The position numbers were made by a program, and so were the translations under genes. Positions 42,101-57,500 of a stretch of DNA of 64,000 bases are shown in pieces. Each line of letters opens with the position of its first letter. The stretch's first letter is position 1. Source of the stretch: Auanema rhodensis (taxonomy: Eukaryota; Animalia; Nematoda). The stretch spans positions 62,001 through 126,000 of the forward strand of contig CAXKVF010000080.1 of assembly GCA_964057225.1 (NCBI GenBank). Direction: 5' to 3'. Below the pieces are notes generated by a model. It saw only the letters and a list, made by a program, of their open reading frames with translations, had not been told where the DNA came from and did no database searches.

Positions 42101-45100
42101 ACTCGCTTCACGTGAAAGATAAAGAGATGCGGTTTTCAAAATTAGATTCCCCATGTCCGTATTAGTCTCAAAACAAATTTTTATTGATATTGGTTCATGG
42201 TAACCATGACTTTGAAATTTACGTGAACTTTAATTTATGCTAATTAAATGTACACGTGATGTGCACTTGGTATGTAACTCGCTTCACGTGAAAGATAAAG
42301 AGATGCGGTTTTCAAAATTAGATTCCCCATGTCCATATTAGTCTAAAAACAAATTTTTATTGATATTGGTGCATGGTAACCATGACTTTGAAATTTACGT
42401 GAACTTTAATTTATGCTAATTAAATGTACACGTGATGTGCACTTGGTATGTAACTCGCTTCACGTGAAAGATAAAGAGATGCGGTTTTCAAAATTAGATT
42501 CCCCATGTCCATATTAGTCTAAAAACAAATTTTTATTGATATTGGTGCATGGTAACCATGACTTTGAAATTTACGTGAACTTTAATTTATGCTAATTAAA
42601 TGTACACGTGATGTGCACTTGGTATGTAACTCGCTTCACGTGAAAGATAAAGAGATGCGGTTTTCAAAATTAGATTCCCCATGTCCATATTAGTCTAAAA
42701 ACAAATTTTTATTGATATTGGTTCATGGTAACCATGACTTTGAAATTTACGTGAACTTTAATTAATGCTAATTAAATGTACACGTGATGTGCACTTGGTA
42801 TGTAACTCGCTTCACGTGAAAGAAGAAGAGATGCGGTTTTCAAAATTAGATTCCCCATGTCCATATTAGTCTAAAAACAAATTTTTATTGATATTGGTGC
42901 ATGGTAACCATGACTTTGAAATTTACGTGAACTTTAATTTATGCTAATTAAATGTACACGTGATGTGCACTTGGTATGTAACTCGCTTCACGTGAAAGAT
43001 AAAAAGATGCGGTTTTCAAAATTAGATTCCCCATGTCCATATTAGTTTAAAAACAAATTTTTATTGATATTGGTGCATGGTAACCATGACTTTGAAATTT
43101 ACGTGAACTTTAATTTATGCTAATTAAATGTACACGTGATGTGCACTTGGTATGTAACTCGCTTCACGTGAAAGATAAAGAGATGCGGTTTTCAAAATTA
43201 GATTCCCCATGTCCATATTAGTCTAAAAACAAATTTTTATTGATATTGGTTCATGGTAACCATGACTTTGAAATTTACGTGAACTTTAATTTATGCTAAT
43301 TAAATGTACACGTGATGTGCACTTGGTATGTAACTCGCTTCACGTGAAAGATAAAGAGATGCGGTTTTCAAAATTAGATTCCCCATGTCCATATTAGTCT
43401 AAAAACAAATTTTTATTGATATTGGTGCATGGTAACCATGACTTTGAAATTTACGTGAACTTTAATTTATGCTAATTAAATGTACACGTGATGTGCACTT
43501 GGTATGTAACTCGCTTCACGTGAAAGATAAAGAGATGCGGTTTTCAAAATTAGATTCCCCATGTCCATATTAGTCTAAAAACAAATTTTTATTGATATTG
43601 GTTCATGGTAACCATGACTTTGAAATTTACGTGAACTTTAATTTATGCTAATTAAATGTACACGTGATGTGCACTTGGTATGTAACTCGCTTCACGTGAA
43701 AGATAAAGAGATGCGGTTTTCAAAATTAGATTCCCCATGTCCATATTAGTCTAAAAACAAATTTTTATTGATATTGGTGCATGGTAACCATGACTTTGAA
43801 ATTTACGTGAACTTTAATTTATGCTAATTAAATGTACACGTGATGTGCACTTGGTATGTAACTCGCTTCACGTGAAAGATAAAGAGATGCGGTTTTCAAA
43901 ATTAGATTCCCCATGTCCGTATTAGTCTCAAAACAAATTTTTATTGATATTGGTTCATGGTAACCATGACTTTGAAATTTACGTGAACTTTAATTTATGC
44001 TAATTAAATGTACACGTGATGTGCACTTGGTATGTAACTCGCTTCACGTGAAAGATAAAGAGATGCGGTTTTCAAAATTAGATTCCCCATGTCCATATTA
44101 GTCTAAAAACAAATTTTTATTGATATTGCTTCATGGTAACCATGACTTTGAAATTTACGTGAACTTTAATTTATGCTAATTAAATGTACACGTGATGTGC
44201 ACTTGGTATGTAACTCGCTTCACGTGAAAGATGAAGAGATGCGGTTTTCAAAATTAGATTCCCCATGTCCATATTAGTCTAAAAACAAATTTTTATTGAT
44301 ATTGCTTCATGGTAACCATGACTTTGAAATTTACGTGAACTTTAATTTATGCTAATTAAATGTACACGTGATGTGCACTTGGTATGTAACTCGCTTCACG
44401 TGAAAGATAAAGAGATGCGGTTTTCAAAATTAGATTCCCCATGTCCATATTAGTCTAAAAACAAATTTTTATTGATATTGGTGCATGGTAACCATGACTT
44501 TGAAATTTACGTGAACTTTAATTTATGCTAATTAAATGTACACGTGATGTGCACTTGGTATGTAACTCGCTTCACGTGAAAGATAAAGAGATGCGGTTTT
44601 CAAAATTAGATTCCCCATGTCCATATTAGTCTAAAAACAAATTTTTATTGATATTGGTTCATGGTAACCATGACTTTGAAATTTACGTGAACTTTAATTT
44701 ATGCTAATTAAATGTACACGTGATGTGCACTTGGTATGTAACTCGCTTCACGTGAAAGATAAAGAGATGCGGTTTTCAAAATTAGATTCCCCATGTCCAT
44801 ATTAGTCTAAAAACAAATTTTTATTGATATTGGTGCATGGTAACCATGACTTTGAAATTTACGTGAACTTTAATTTATGCTAATTAAATGTACACGTGAT
44901 GTGCACTTGGTATGTAACTCGCTTCACGTGAAAGATAAAGAGATGCGGTTTTCAAAATTAGATTCCCCATGTCCATATTAGTCTAAAAACAAATTTTTAT
45001 TGATATTGGTTCATGGTAACCATGACTTTGAAATTTACGTGAACTTTAATTAATGCTAATTAAATGTACACGTGATGTGCACTTGGTATGTAACTCGCTT

Positions 45101-45749
45101 TACGTGAAAGATAAAGAGATGCGGTTTTCAAAATTAGATTCCCCATGTCCATATTAGTCTAAAAACAAATTTTTATTGATATTGGTTCATGGTAACCATG
45201 ACTTTGAAATTTACGTGAACTTTAATTTATGCTAATTAAATGTACACGTGATGTGCACTTGGTATGTAACTCGCTTCACGTGAAAGATAAAGAGATGCGG
45301 TTTTCAAAATTAGATTCCCCCTGTCCATATTAGTCTAAAAACAAATTTTTATTGATATTGCTTCATGGTAACCATGACTTTGAAATTTACGTGAACTTTA
45401 ATTTATGCTAATTAAATGTTCACGTGATGTGCACTTGGTATGTAACTCGCTTCACGTGAAAGATAAAGAGATGCGGTTTTCAAAATTAGATTCCCCATGT
45501 CCATATTAGTCTAAAAACAAATTTTTATTGATATTGCTTCATGGTAACCATGACTTTGAAATTTACGTGAACTTTAATTTATGCTAATTAAATGTACACG
45601 TGATGTGCACTTGGTATGTAACTCGCTTCACGTGAAAGATAAAGAGATGCGGTTTTCAAAATTAGATTCCCCATGTCCATATTAGTCTAAAAACAAATTT
45701 TTATTGATATTGGTGCATGGTAACCATGACTTTGAAATTTACGTGAACT
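32726..45749. repeat. 24-monomer block (32726-36949) duplicated at 41526-45749, offset 8800 bp = 50 monomers
   Basis: GGTATTTAAC 32941/41741, CCGT+CTCA 33359/42159, AGAAGAAG 34021/42821, GATAAAAAG ~34201/43001, TTTACG 36301/45101. Confidence 0.9.
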
Positions 45750-48700
45750 TTAATTTATGCTAATTAAATGTACACGTGATGTGCACTTGGTATGTAACTC
45801 GCTTCACGTGAAAGATAAAAAGATGCGGTTTTCAAAATTAGATTCCCCATGTCCATATTAGTTTAAAAACAAATTTTTATTGATATTGGTGCATGGTAAC
45901 CATGACTTTGAAATTTACGTGAACTTTAATTTATGCTAATTAAATGTACACGTGATGTGCACTTGGTATGTAACTCGCTTCACGTGAAAGATAAAGAGAT
46001 GCGGTTTTCAAAATTAGATTCCCCATGTCCATATTAGTCTAAAAACAAATTTTTATTGATATTGCTTCATGGTAACCATGACTTTGAAATTTACGTGAAC
46101 TTTAATTTATGCTAATTAAATGTACACGTGATGTGCACTTGGTATGTAACTCGCTTCACGTGAAAGATAAAGAGATGCGGTTTTCAAAATTAGATTCCCC
46201 ATGTCCATATTAGTCTAAAAACAAATTTTTATTGATATTGGTGCATGGTAACCATGACTTTGAAATTTACGTGAACTTTAATTTATGCTAATTAAATGTA
46301 CACGTGATGTGCACTTGGTATGTAACTCGCTTCACGTGAAAGATAAAAAGATGCGGTTTTCAAAATTAGATTCCCCATGTCCATATTAGTTTAAAAACAA
46401 ATTTTTATTGATATTGGTGCATGGTAACCATGACTTTGAAATTTACGTGAACTTTAATTTATGCTAATTAAATGTACACGTGATGTGCACTTGGTATGTA
46501 ACTCGCTTCACGTGAAAGATAAAGAGATGCGGTTTTCAAAATTAGATTCCCCATGTCCATATTAGTCTAAAAACAAATTTTTATTGATATTGGTTCATGG
46601 TAACCATGACTTTGAAATTTACGTGAACTTTAATTTATGCTAATTAAATGTACACGTGATGTGCACTTGGTATGTAACTCGCTTCACGTGAAAGATAAAG
46701 AGATGCGGTTTTCAAAATTAGATTCCCCATGTCCATATTAGTCTAAAAACAAATTTTTATTGATATTGGTGCATGGTAACCATGACTTTGAAATTTACGT
46801 GAACTTTAATTTATGCTAATTAAATGTACACGTGATGTGCACTTGGTATGTAACTCGCTTCACGTGAAAGATAAAGAGATGCGGTTTTCAAAATTAGATT
46901 CCCCATGTCCATATTAGTCTAAAAACAAATTTTTATTGATATTGGTTCATGGTAACCATGACTTTGAAATTTACGTGAACTTTAATTTATGCTAATTAAA
47001 TGTACACGTGATGTGCACTTGGTATGTAACTCGCTTCACGTGAAAGATAAAGAGATGCGGTTTTCAAAATTAGATTCCCCATGTCCATATTAGTCTAAAA
47101 ACAAATTTTTATTGATATTGGTGCATGGTAACCATGACTTTGAAATTTACGTGAACTTTAATTTATGCTAATTAAATGTACACGTGATGTGTACTTGGTA
47201 TGTAACTCGCTTCACGTGAAAGATAAAGAGATGCGGTTTTCAAAATTAGATTCCCCATGTCCGTATTAGTCTCAAAACAAATTTTTATTGATATTGGTTC
47301 ATGGTAACCATGACTTTGAAATTTACGTGAACTTTAATTTATGCTAATTAAATGTACACGTGATGTGCACTTGGTATGTAACTCGCTTCACGTGAAAGAT
47401 AAAGAGATGCGGTTTTCAAAATTAGATTCCCCATGTCCATATTAGTCTAAAAACAAATTTTTATTGATATTGCTTCATGGTAACCATGACTTTGAAATTT
47501 ACGTGAACTTTAATTTATGCTAATTAAATGTACACGTGATGTGCACTTGGTATGTAACTCGCTTCACGTGAAAGATGAAGAGATGCGGTTTTCAAAATTA
47601 GATTCCCCATGTCCATATTAGTCTAAAAACAAATTTTTATTGATATTGCTTCATGGTAACCATGACTTTGAAATTTACGTGAACTTTAATTTATGCTAAT
47701 TAAATGTACACGTGATGTGCACTTGGTATGTAACTCGCTTCACGTGAAAGATAAAGAGATGCGGTTTTCAAAATTAGATTCCCCATGTCCATATTAGTCT
47801 AAAAACAAATTTTTATTGATATTGGTGCATGGTAACCATGACTTTGAAATTTACGTGAACTTTAATTTATGCTAATTAAATGTACACGTGATGTGCACTT
47901 GGTATGTAACTCGCTTCACGTGAAAGATAAAGAGATGCGGTTTTCAAAATTAGATTCCCCATGTCCATATTAGTCTAAAAACAAATTTTTATTGATATTG
48001 GTTCATGGTAACCATGACTTTGAAATTTACGTGAACTTTAATTTATGCTAATTAAATGTACACGTGATGTGCACTTGGTATGTAACTCGCTTCACGTGAA
48101 AGATAAAGAGATGCGGTTTTCAAAATTAGATTCCCCATGTCCATATTAGTCTAAAAGCAAATTTTTATTGATATTGGTGCATGGTAACCATGACTTTGAA
48201 ATTTACGTGAACTTTAATTTATGCTAATTAAATGTACACGTGATGTGCACTTGGTATGTAACTCGCTTCACGTGAAAGATAAAGAGATGCGGTTTTCAAA
48301 ATTAGATTCCCCATGTCCATATTAGTCTAAAAACAAATTTTTATTGATATTGGTTCATGGTAACCATGACTTTGAAATTTACGTGAACTTTAATTAATGC
48401 TAATTAAATGTACACGTGATGTGCACTTGGTATGTAACTCGCTTTACGTGAAAGATAAGGAGATGCGGTTTTCAAAATTAGATTCCCCATGTCCATATTA
48501 GTCTAAAAACAAATTTTTATTGATATTGGTTCATGGTAACCATGACTTTGAAATTTACGTGAACTTTAATTTATGCTAATTAAATGTACACGTGATGTGC
48601 ACTTGGTATGTAACTCGCTTCACGTGAAAGATAAAGAGATGCGGTTTTCAAAATTAGATTCCCCCTGTCCATATTAGTCTAAAAACAAATTTTTATTGAT

Positions 48701-51700
48701 ATTGCTTCATGGTAACCATGACTTTGAAATTTACGTGAACTTTAATTTATGCTAATTAAATGTTCACGTGATGTGCACTTGGTATGTAACTCGCTTCACG
48801 TGAAAGATAAAGAGATGCGGTTTTCAAAATTAGATTCCCCATGTCCATATTAGTCTAAAAACAAATTTTTATTGATATTGCTTCATGGTAACCATGACTT
48901 TGAAATTTACGTGAACTTTAATTTATGCTAATTAAATGTACACGTGATGTGCACTTGGTATGTAACTCGCTTCACGTGAAAGATAAAGAGATGCGGTTTT
49001 CAAAATTAGATTCCCCATGTCCATATTAGTCTAAAAACAAATTTTTATTGATATTGGTGCATGGTAACCATGACTTTGAAATTTACGTGAACTTTAATTT
49101 ATGTTAATTAAATGTACACGTGATGTGCACTTGGTATGTAACTCGCTTCACGTGAAAGATGAAGAGATGCGGTTTTCAAAATTAGATTCCCCATGTCCAT
49201 ATTAGTCTAAAAACAAATTTTTATTGATATTGGTTCATGGTAACCATGACTTTGAAATTTACGTGAACTTTAATTTATGCTAATTAAATGTACACGTGAT
49301 GTGCACTTGGTATGTAACTCGCTTCACGTGAAAGATAAAGAGATGCGGTTTTCAAAATTAGATTCCCCATGTCCATATTAGTCTAAAAACAAATTTTTAT
49401 TGATATTGGTGCATGGTAACCATGACTTTGAAATTTACGTGAACTTTAATTTATGCTAATTAAATGTACACGTGATGTGCACTTGGTATGTAACTCGCTT
49501 CACGTGAAAGATAAAGAGATGCGGTTTTCAAAATTAGATTCCCCATGTCCATATTAGTCTAAAAACAAATTTTTATTGATATTGGTGCATGGTAACCATG
49601 ACTTTGAAATTTACGTGAACTTTAATTTATGCTAATTAAATGTACACGTGATGTGCACTTGGTATGTAACTCGCTTCACGTGAAAGATAAAGAGATGCGG
49701 TTTTCAAAATTAGATTCCCCATGTCCATATTAGTCTAAAAACAAATTTTTATTGATATTGGTTCATGGTAACCATGACTTTGAAATTTACGTGAACTTTA
49801 ATTTATGCTAATTAAATGTACACGTGATGTGCACTTGGTATGTAACTCGCTTCACGTGAAAGATAAAGAGATGCGGTTTTCAAAATTAGATTCCCCATGT
49901 CCATATTAGTCTAAAAACAAATTTTTATTGATATTGGTTCATGGTAACCATGACTTTGAAATTTACGTGAACTTTAATTTATGCTAATTAAATGTACACG
50001 TGATGTGCACTTGGTATGTAACTCGCTTCACGTGAAAGATAAAGAGATGTGGTTTTCAAAATTAGATTCCCCATGTCCATATTAGTCTAAAAACAAATTT
50101 TTATTGATATTGCTTCATGGTAACCATGACTTTGAAATTTACGTGAACTTTAATTTATGCTAATTAAATGTACACGTGATGTGCACTTGGTATGTAACTC
50201 GCTTCACGTGAAAGATAAAGAAATGCGGTTTTCAAAATTAGATTCCCCATGTCCATATTAGTCTAAAAACAAATTTTTATTGATATTGGTGCATGGTAAC
50301 CATGACTTTGAAATTTACGTGAACTTTAATTTATGCTAATTAAATGTACACGTGATGTGCACTTGGTATGTAACTCGCTTCACGTGAAAGATAAAGAGAT
50401 GCGGTTTTCAAAATTAGATTCCCCATGTCCATATTAGTCTAAAAACAAATTTTTATTGATATTGGTTCATGGTAACCATGACTTTGAAATTTACGTGAAC
50501 TTTAATTTATGCTAATTAAATGTACACGTGATGTGCACTTGGTATGTAACTCGCTTCACGTGAAAGATAAAGAGATGCGGTTTTCAAAATTAGATTCCCC
50601 ATGTCCATATTAGTCTAAAAACAAATTTTTATTGATATTGGTTCATGGTAACCATGACTTTGAAATTTACGTGAACTTTAATTTATGCTAATTAAATGTA
50701 CACGTGATGTGCACTTGGTATGTAACTCGCTTCACGTGAAAGATAAAGAGATGTGGTTTTCAAAATTAGATTCCCCATGTCCATATTAGTCTAAAAACAA
50801 ATTTTTATTGATATTGCTTCATGGTAACCATGACTTTGAAATTTACGTGAACTTTAATTTATGCTAATTAAATGTACACGTGATGTGCACTTGGTATGTA
50901 ACTCGCTTCACGTGAAAGATAAAGAAATGCGGTTTTCAAAATTAGATTCCTCATGTCCATATTAGTCTAAAAACAAATTTTTATTGATATTGGTTCATGG
51001 TAACCATGACTTTGAAATTTACGTGAACTTTAATTTATGCTAATTAAATGTACACGTGATGTGCACTTGGTATGTAACTCGCTTCACGTGAAAGATAAAG
51101 AGATGCGGTTTTCAAAATTAGATTCCCCATGTCCATATTAGTCTAAAAACAAATTTTTATTGATATTGCTTCATGGTAACCATGACTTTGAAATTTACGT
51201 GAACTTTAATTTATGCTAATTAAATGTACACGTGATGTGCACTTGGTATGTAACTCGCTTCACGTGAAAGATAAAGAGATGCGGTTTTCAAAATTAGATT
51301 CCCCATGTCCATATTAGTCTAAAAACAAATTTTTATTGATATTGCTTCATGGTAACCATGACTTTGAAATTTACGTGAACTTTAATTTATGCTAATTAAA
51401 TGTACACGTGATGTGCACTTGGTATGTAACTCGCTTCACGTGAAAGATAAAGAAATGCGGTTTTCAAAATTAGATTCCTCATGTCCATATTAGTCTAAAA
51501 ACAAATTTTTATTGATATTGGTTCATGGTAACCATGACTTTGAAATTTACGTGAACTTTAATTTATGCTAATTAAATGTACACGTGATGTGCACTTGGTA
51601 TGTAACTCGCTTCACGTGAAAGATAAAGAGATGCGGTTTTCAAAATTAGATTCCCCATGTCCATATTAGTCTAAAAACAAATTCTTATTGATATTGCTTC

Positions 51701-53845
51701 ATGGTAACCATGACTTTGAAATTTACGTGAACTTTAATTTATGCTAATTAAATGTACACGTGATGTGCACTTGGTATGTAACTCGCTTCACGTGAAAGAT
51801 AAAGAGATGCGGTTTTCAAAATTAGATTCCCCATGTCCATATTAGTCTAAAAACAAATTTTTATTGATATTGGTGCATGGTAACCATGACTTTGAAATTT
51901 ACGTGAACTTTAATTTATGCTAATTAAATGTACACGTGATGTGCACTTGGTATGTAACTCGCTTCACGTGAAAGATGAAGAGATGCGGTTTTCAAAATTA
52001 GATTCCCCATGTCCATATTAGTCTAAAAACAAATTTTTATTGATATTGGTTCATGGTAACCATGACTTTGAAATTTACGTGAACTTTAATTTATGCTAAT
52101 TAAATGTACACGTGATGTGCACTTGGTATGTAACTCGCTTCACGTGAAAGATAAAGAGATGCGGTTTTCAAAATTAGATTCCCCATGTCCATATTAGTCT
52201 AAAAACAAATTTTTATTGATATTGGTGCATGGTAACCATGACTTTGAAATTTACGTGAACTTTAATTTATGCTAATTAAATGTACACGTGATGTGCACTT
52301 GGTATGTAACTCGCTTCACGTGAAAGATAAAGAGATGCGGTTTTCAAAATTAGATTCCCCATGTCCGTATTAGTCTCAAAACAAATTTTTATTGATATTG
52401 GTTCATGGTAACCATGACTTTGAAATTTACGTGAACTTTAATTTATGCTAATTAAATGTACACGTGATGTGCACTTGGTATGTAACTCGCTTCACGTGAA
52501 AGATAAAGAGATGCGGTTTTCAAAATTAGATTCCCCATGTCCATATTAGTCTAAAAACAAATTTTTATTGATATTGGTGCATGGTAACCATGACTTTGAA
52601 ATTTACGTGAACTTTAATTTATGCTAATTAAATGTACACGTGATGTGCACTTGGTATGTAACTCGCTTCACGTGAAAGATAAAGAGATGCGGTTTTCAAA
52701 ATTAGATTCCCCATGTCCATATTAGTCTAAAAACAAATTTTTATTGATATTGGTTCATGGTAACCATGACTTTGAAATTTACGTGAACTTTAATTTATGC
52801 TTATTAAATGTACACGTGATGTGCACTTGGTATGTAACTCGCTTCACGTGAAAGATAAAGAGATGCGGTTTTCAAAATTAGATTCCCCATGTCCATATTA
52901 GTCTAAAAACAAATTTTTATTGATATTGGTGCATGGTAACCATGACTTTGAAATTTACGTGAACTTTAATTTATGCTAATTAAATGTACACGTGATGTGC
53001 ACTTGGTATGTAACTCGCTTCACGTGAAAGATAAAGAGATGCGGTTTTCAAAATTAGATTCCCCATGTCCATATTAGTCTAAAAACAAATTTTTATTGAT
53101 ATTGGTTCATGGTAACCATGACTTTGAAATTTACGTGAACTTTAATTAATGCTAATTAAATGTACACGTGATGTGCACTTGGTATGTAACTCGCTTTACG
53201 TGAAAGATAAAGAGATGCGGTTTTCAAAATTAGATTCCCCATGTCCATATTAGTCTAAAAACAAATTTTTATTGATATTGGTTCATGGTAACCATGACTT
53301 TGAAATTTACGTGAACTTTAATTTATGCTAATTAAATGTACACGTGATGTGCACTTGGTATGTAACTCGCTTCACGTGAAAGATAAAGAGATGCGGTTTT
53401 CAAAATTAGATTCCCCCTGTCCATATTAGTCTAAAAACAAATTTTTATTGATATTGCTTCATGGTAACCATGACTTTGAAATTTACGTGAACTTTAATTT
53501 ATGCTAATTAAATGTTCACGTGATGTGCACTTGGTATGTAACTCGCTTCACGTGAAAGATAAAGAGATGCGGTTTTCAAAATTAGATTCCCCATGTCCAT
53601 ATTAGTCTAAAAACAAATTTTTATTGATATTGCTTCATGGTAACCATGACTTTGAAATTTACGTGAACTTTAATTTATGCTAATTAAATGTACACGTGAT
53701 GTGCACTTGGTATGTAACTCGCTTCACGTGAAAGATAAAGAGATGCGGTTTTCAAAATTAGATTCCCCATGTCCATATTAGTCTAAAAACAAATTTTTAT
53801 TGATATTGGTGCATGGTAACCATGACTTTGAAATTTACGTGAACT
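35014..53845. repeat. 11-monomer cassette present five times (35014, 39414, 43814, 47158, and a 9-monomer version at 52262)
   Basis: Ordered markers TCCGTATTAGTCTCA ... GCTTTACG (36301, 40701, 45101, 48445, 53197), CCCCCTGT and ATGTTCACG. Confidence 0.9.
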
Positions 53846-54549
53846 TTAATTTATGCTAATTAAATGTACACGTGATGTGCACTTGGTATGTAACTCGCTT
53901 CACGTGAAAGATGAAGAGATGCGGTTTTCAAAATTAGATTCCCCATGTCCATATTAGTCTAAAAACAAATTTTTATTGATATTGGTTCATGGTAACCATG
54001 ACTTTGAAATTTACGTGAACTTTAATTTATGCTAATTAAATGTACACGTGATGTGCACTTGGTATGTAACTCGCTTCACGTGAAAGATAAAGAGATGCGG
54101 TTTTCAAAATTAGATTCCCCATGTCCATATTAGTCTAAAAACAAATTTTTATTGATATTGGTGCATGGTAACCATGACTTTGAAATTTACGTGAACTTTA
54201 ATTTATGCTAATTAAATGTACACGTGATGTGCACTTGGTATGTAACTCGCTTCACGTGAAAGATAAAGAGATGCGGTTTTCAAAATTAGATTCCCCATGT
54301 CCATATTAGTCTAAAAACAAATTTTTATTGATATTGGTGCATGGTAACCATGACTTTGAAATTTACGTGAACTTTAATTTATGCTAATTAAATGTACACG
54401 TGATGTGCACTTGGTATGTAACTCGCTTCACGTGAAAGATAAAGAGATGCGGTTTTCAAAATTAGATTCCTCATGTCCATATTAGTCTAAAAACAAATTT
54501 TTATTGATATTGGTTCATGGTAACCATGACTTTGAAATTTACGTGAACT

Positions 54550-57500
54550 TTAATTTATGCTAATTAAATGTACACGTGATGTGCACTTGGTATGTAACTC
54601 GCTTCACGTGAAAGATAAAGAGATGCGGTTTTCAAAATTAGATTCCCCATGTCCATATTAGTCTAAAAACAAATTTTTATTGATATTGGTTCATGGTAAC
54701 CATGACTTTGAAATTTACGTGAACTTTAATTTATGCTAATTAAATGTACACGTGATGTGCACTTGGTATGTAACTCGCTTCACGTGAAAGATAAAGAGAT
54801 GTGGTTTTCAAAATTAGATTCCCCATGTCCATATTAGTCTAAAAACAAATTTTTATTGATATTGCTTCATGGTAACCATGACTTTGAAATTTACGTGAAC
54901 TTTAATTTATGCTAATTAAATGTACACGTGATGTGCACTTGGTATGTAACTCGCTTCACGTGAAAGATAAAGAAATGCGGTTTTCAAAATTAGATTCCTC
55001 ATGTCCATATTAGTCTAAAAACAAATTTTTATTGATATTGGTTCATGGTAACCATGACTTTGAAATTTACGTGAACTTTAATTTATGCTAATTAAATGTA
55101 CACGTGATGTGCACTTGGTATGTAACTCGCTTCACGTGAAAGATAAAGAGATGCGGTTTTCAAAATTAGATTCCCCATGTCCATATTAGTCTAAAAACAA
55201 ATTTTTATTGATATTGCTTCATGGTAACCATGACTTTGAAATTTACGTGAACTTTAATTTATGCTAATTAAATGTACACGTGATGTGCACTTGGTATGTA
55301 ACTCGCTTCACGTGAAAGATAAAGAGATGCGGTTTTCAAAATTAGATTCCCCATGTCCATATTAGTCTAAAAACAAATTTTTATTGATATTGCTTCATGG
55401 TAACCATGACTTTGAAATTTACGTGAACTTTAATTTATGCTAATTAAATGTACACGTGATGTGCACTTGGTATGTAACTCGCTTCACGTGAAAGATAAAG
55501 AGATGCGGTTTTCAAAATTAGATTCCCCATGTCCATATTAGTCTAAAAACAAATTCTTATTGATATTGCTTCATGGTAACCATGACTTTGAAATTTACGT
55601 GAACTTTAATTTATGCTAATTAAATGTACACGTGATGTGCACTTGGTATGTAACTCGCTTCACGTGAAAGATAAAGAGATGCGGTTTTCAAAATTAGATT
55701 CCCCATGTCCATATTAGTCTAAAAACAAATTTTTATTGATATTGGTGCATGGTAACCATGACTTTGAAATTTACGTGAACTTTAATTTATGCTAATTAAA
55801 TGTACACGTGATGTGCACTTGGTATGTAACTCGCTTCACGTGAAAGATGAAGAGATGCGGTTTTCAAAATTAGATTCCCCATGTCCATATTAGTCTAAAA
55901 ACAAATTTTTATTGATATTGGTTCATGGTAACCATGACTTTGAAATTTACGTGAACTTTAATTTATGCTAATTAAATGTACACGTGATGTGCACTTGGTA
56001 TGTAACTCGCTTCACGTGAAAGATAAAGAGATGCGGTTTTCAAAATTAGATTCCCCATGTCCATATTAGTCTAAAAACAAATTTTTATTGATATTGGTGC
56101 ATGGTAACCATGACTTTGAAATTTACGTGAACTTTAATTTATGCTAATTAAATGTACACGTGATGTGCACTTGGTATGTAACTCGCTTCACGTGAAAGAT
56201 AAAGAGATGCGGTTTTCAAAATTAGATTCCCCATGTCCATATTAGTCTAAAAACAAATTTTTATTGATATTGGTTCATGGTAACCATGACTTTGAAATTT
56301 ACGTGAACTTTAATTTATGCTAATTAAATGTACACGTGATGTGCACTTGGTATGTAACTCGCTTCACGTGAAAGATAAAGAGATGTGGTTTTCAAAATTA
56401 GATTCCCCATGTCCATATTAGTCTAAAAACAAATTTTTATTGATATTGCTTCATGGTAACCATGACTTTGAAATTTACGTGAACTTTAATTTATGCTAAT
56501 TAAATGTACACGTGATGTGCACTTGGTATGTAACTCGCTTCACGTGAAAGATAAAGAAATGCGGTTTTCAAAATTAGATTCCTCATGTCCATATTAGTCT
56601 AAAAACAAATTTTTATTGATATTGGTTCATGGTAACCATGACTTTGAAATTTACGTGAACTTTAATTTATGCTAATTAAATGTACACGTGATGTGCACTT
56701 GGTATGTAACTCGCTTCACGTGAAAGATAAAGAGATTCGGTTTTCAAAATTAGATTCCCCATGTCCATATTAGTCTAAAAACAAATTTTTATTGATATTG
56801 GTGCATGGTAACCATGACTTTGAAATTTACGTGAACTTTAATTTATGCTAATTAAATGTACACGTGATGTGCACTTGGTATGTAACTCGCTTCACGTGAA
56901 AGATGAAGAGATGCGGTTTTCAAAATTAGATTCCCCATGTCCATATTAGTCTAAAAACAAATTTTTATTGATATTGGTTCATGGTAACCATGACTTTGAA
57001 ATTTACGTGAACTTTAATTTATGCTAATTAAATGTACACGTGATGTGCACTTGGTATGTAACTCGCTTCACGTGAAAGATAAAGAGATGCGGTTTTCAAA
57101 ATTAGATTCCCCATGTCCATATTAGTCTAAAAACAAATTTTTATTGATATTGGTGCATGGTAACCATGACTTTGAAATTTACGTGAACTTTAATTTATGC
57201 TAATTAAATGTACACGTGATGTGCACTTGGTATGTAACTCGCTTCACGTGAAAGATAAAGAGATGCGGTTTTCACAATTAGATTCCCCATGTCCATATTA
57301 GTCTAAAAACAAATTTTTATTGATATTGGTTCATGGTAACCATGACTTTGAAATTTACGTGAACTTTAATTTATGCTAATTAAATGTACACGTGATGTGC
57401 ACTTGGTATGTAACTCGCTTCACGTGAAAGATAAAGAGATGCGGTTTTCAAAATTAGATTCCCCATGTCCATATTAGTCTAAAAACAAATTTTTATTGAT

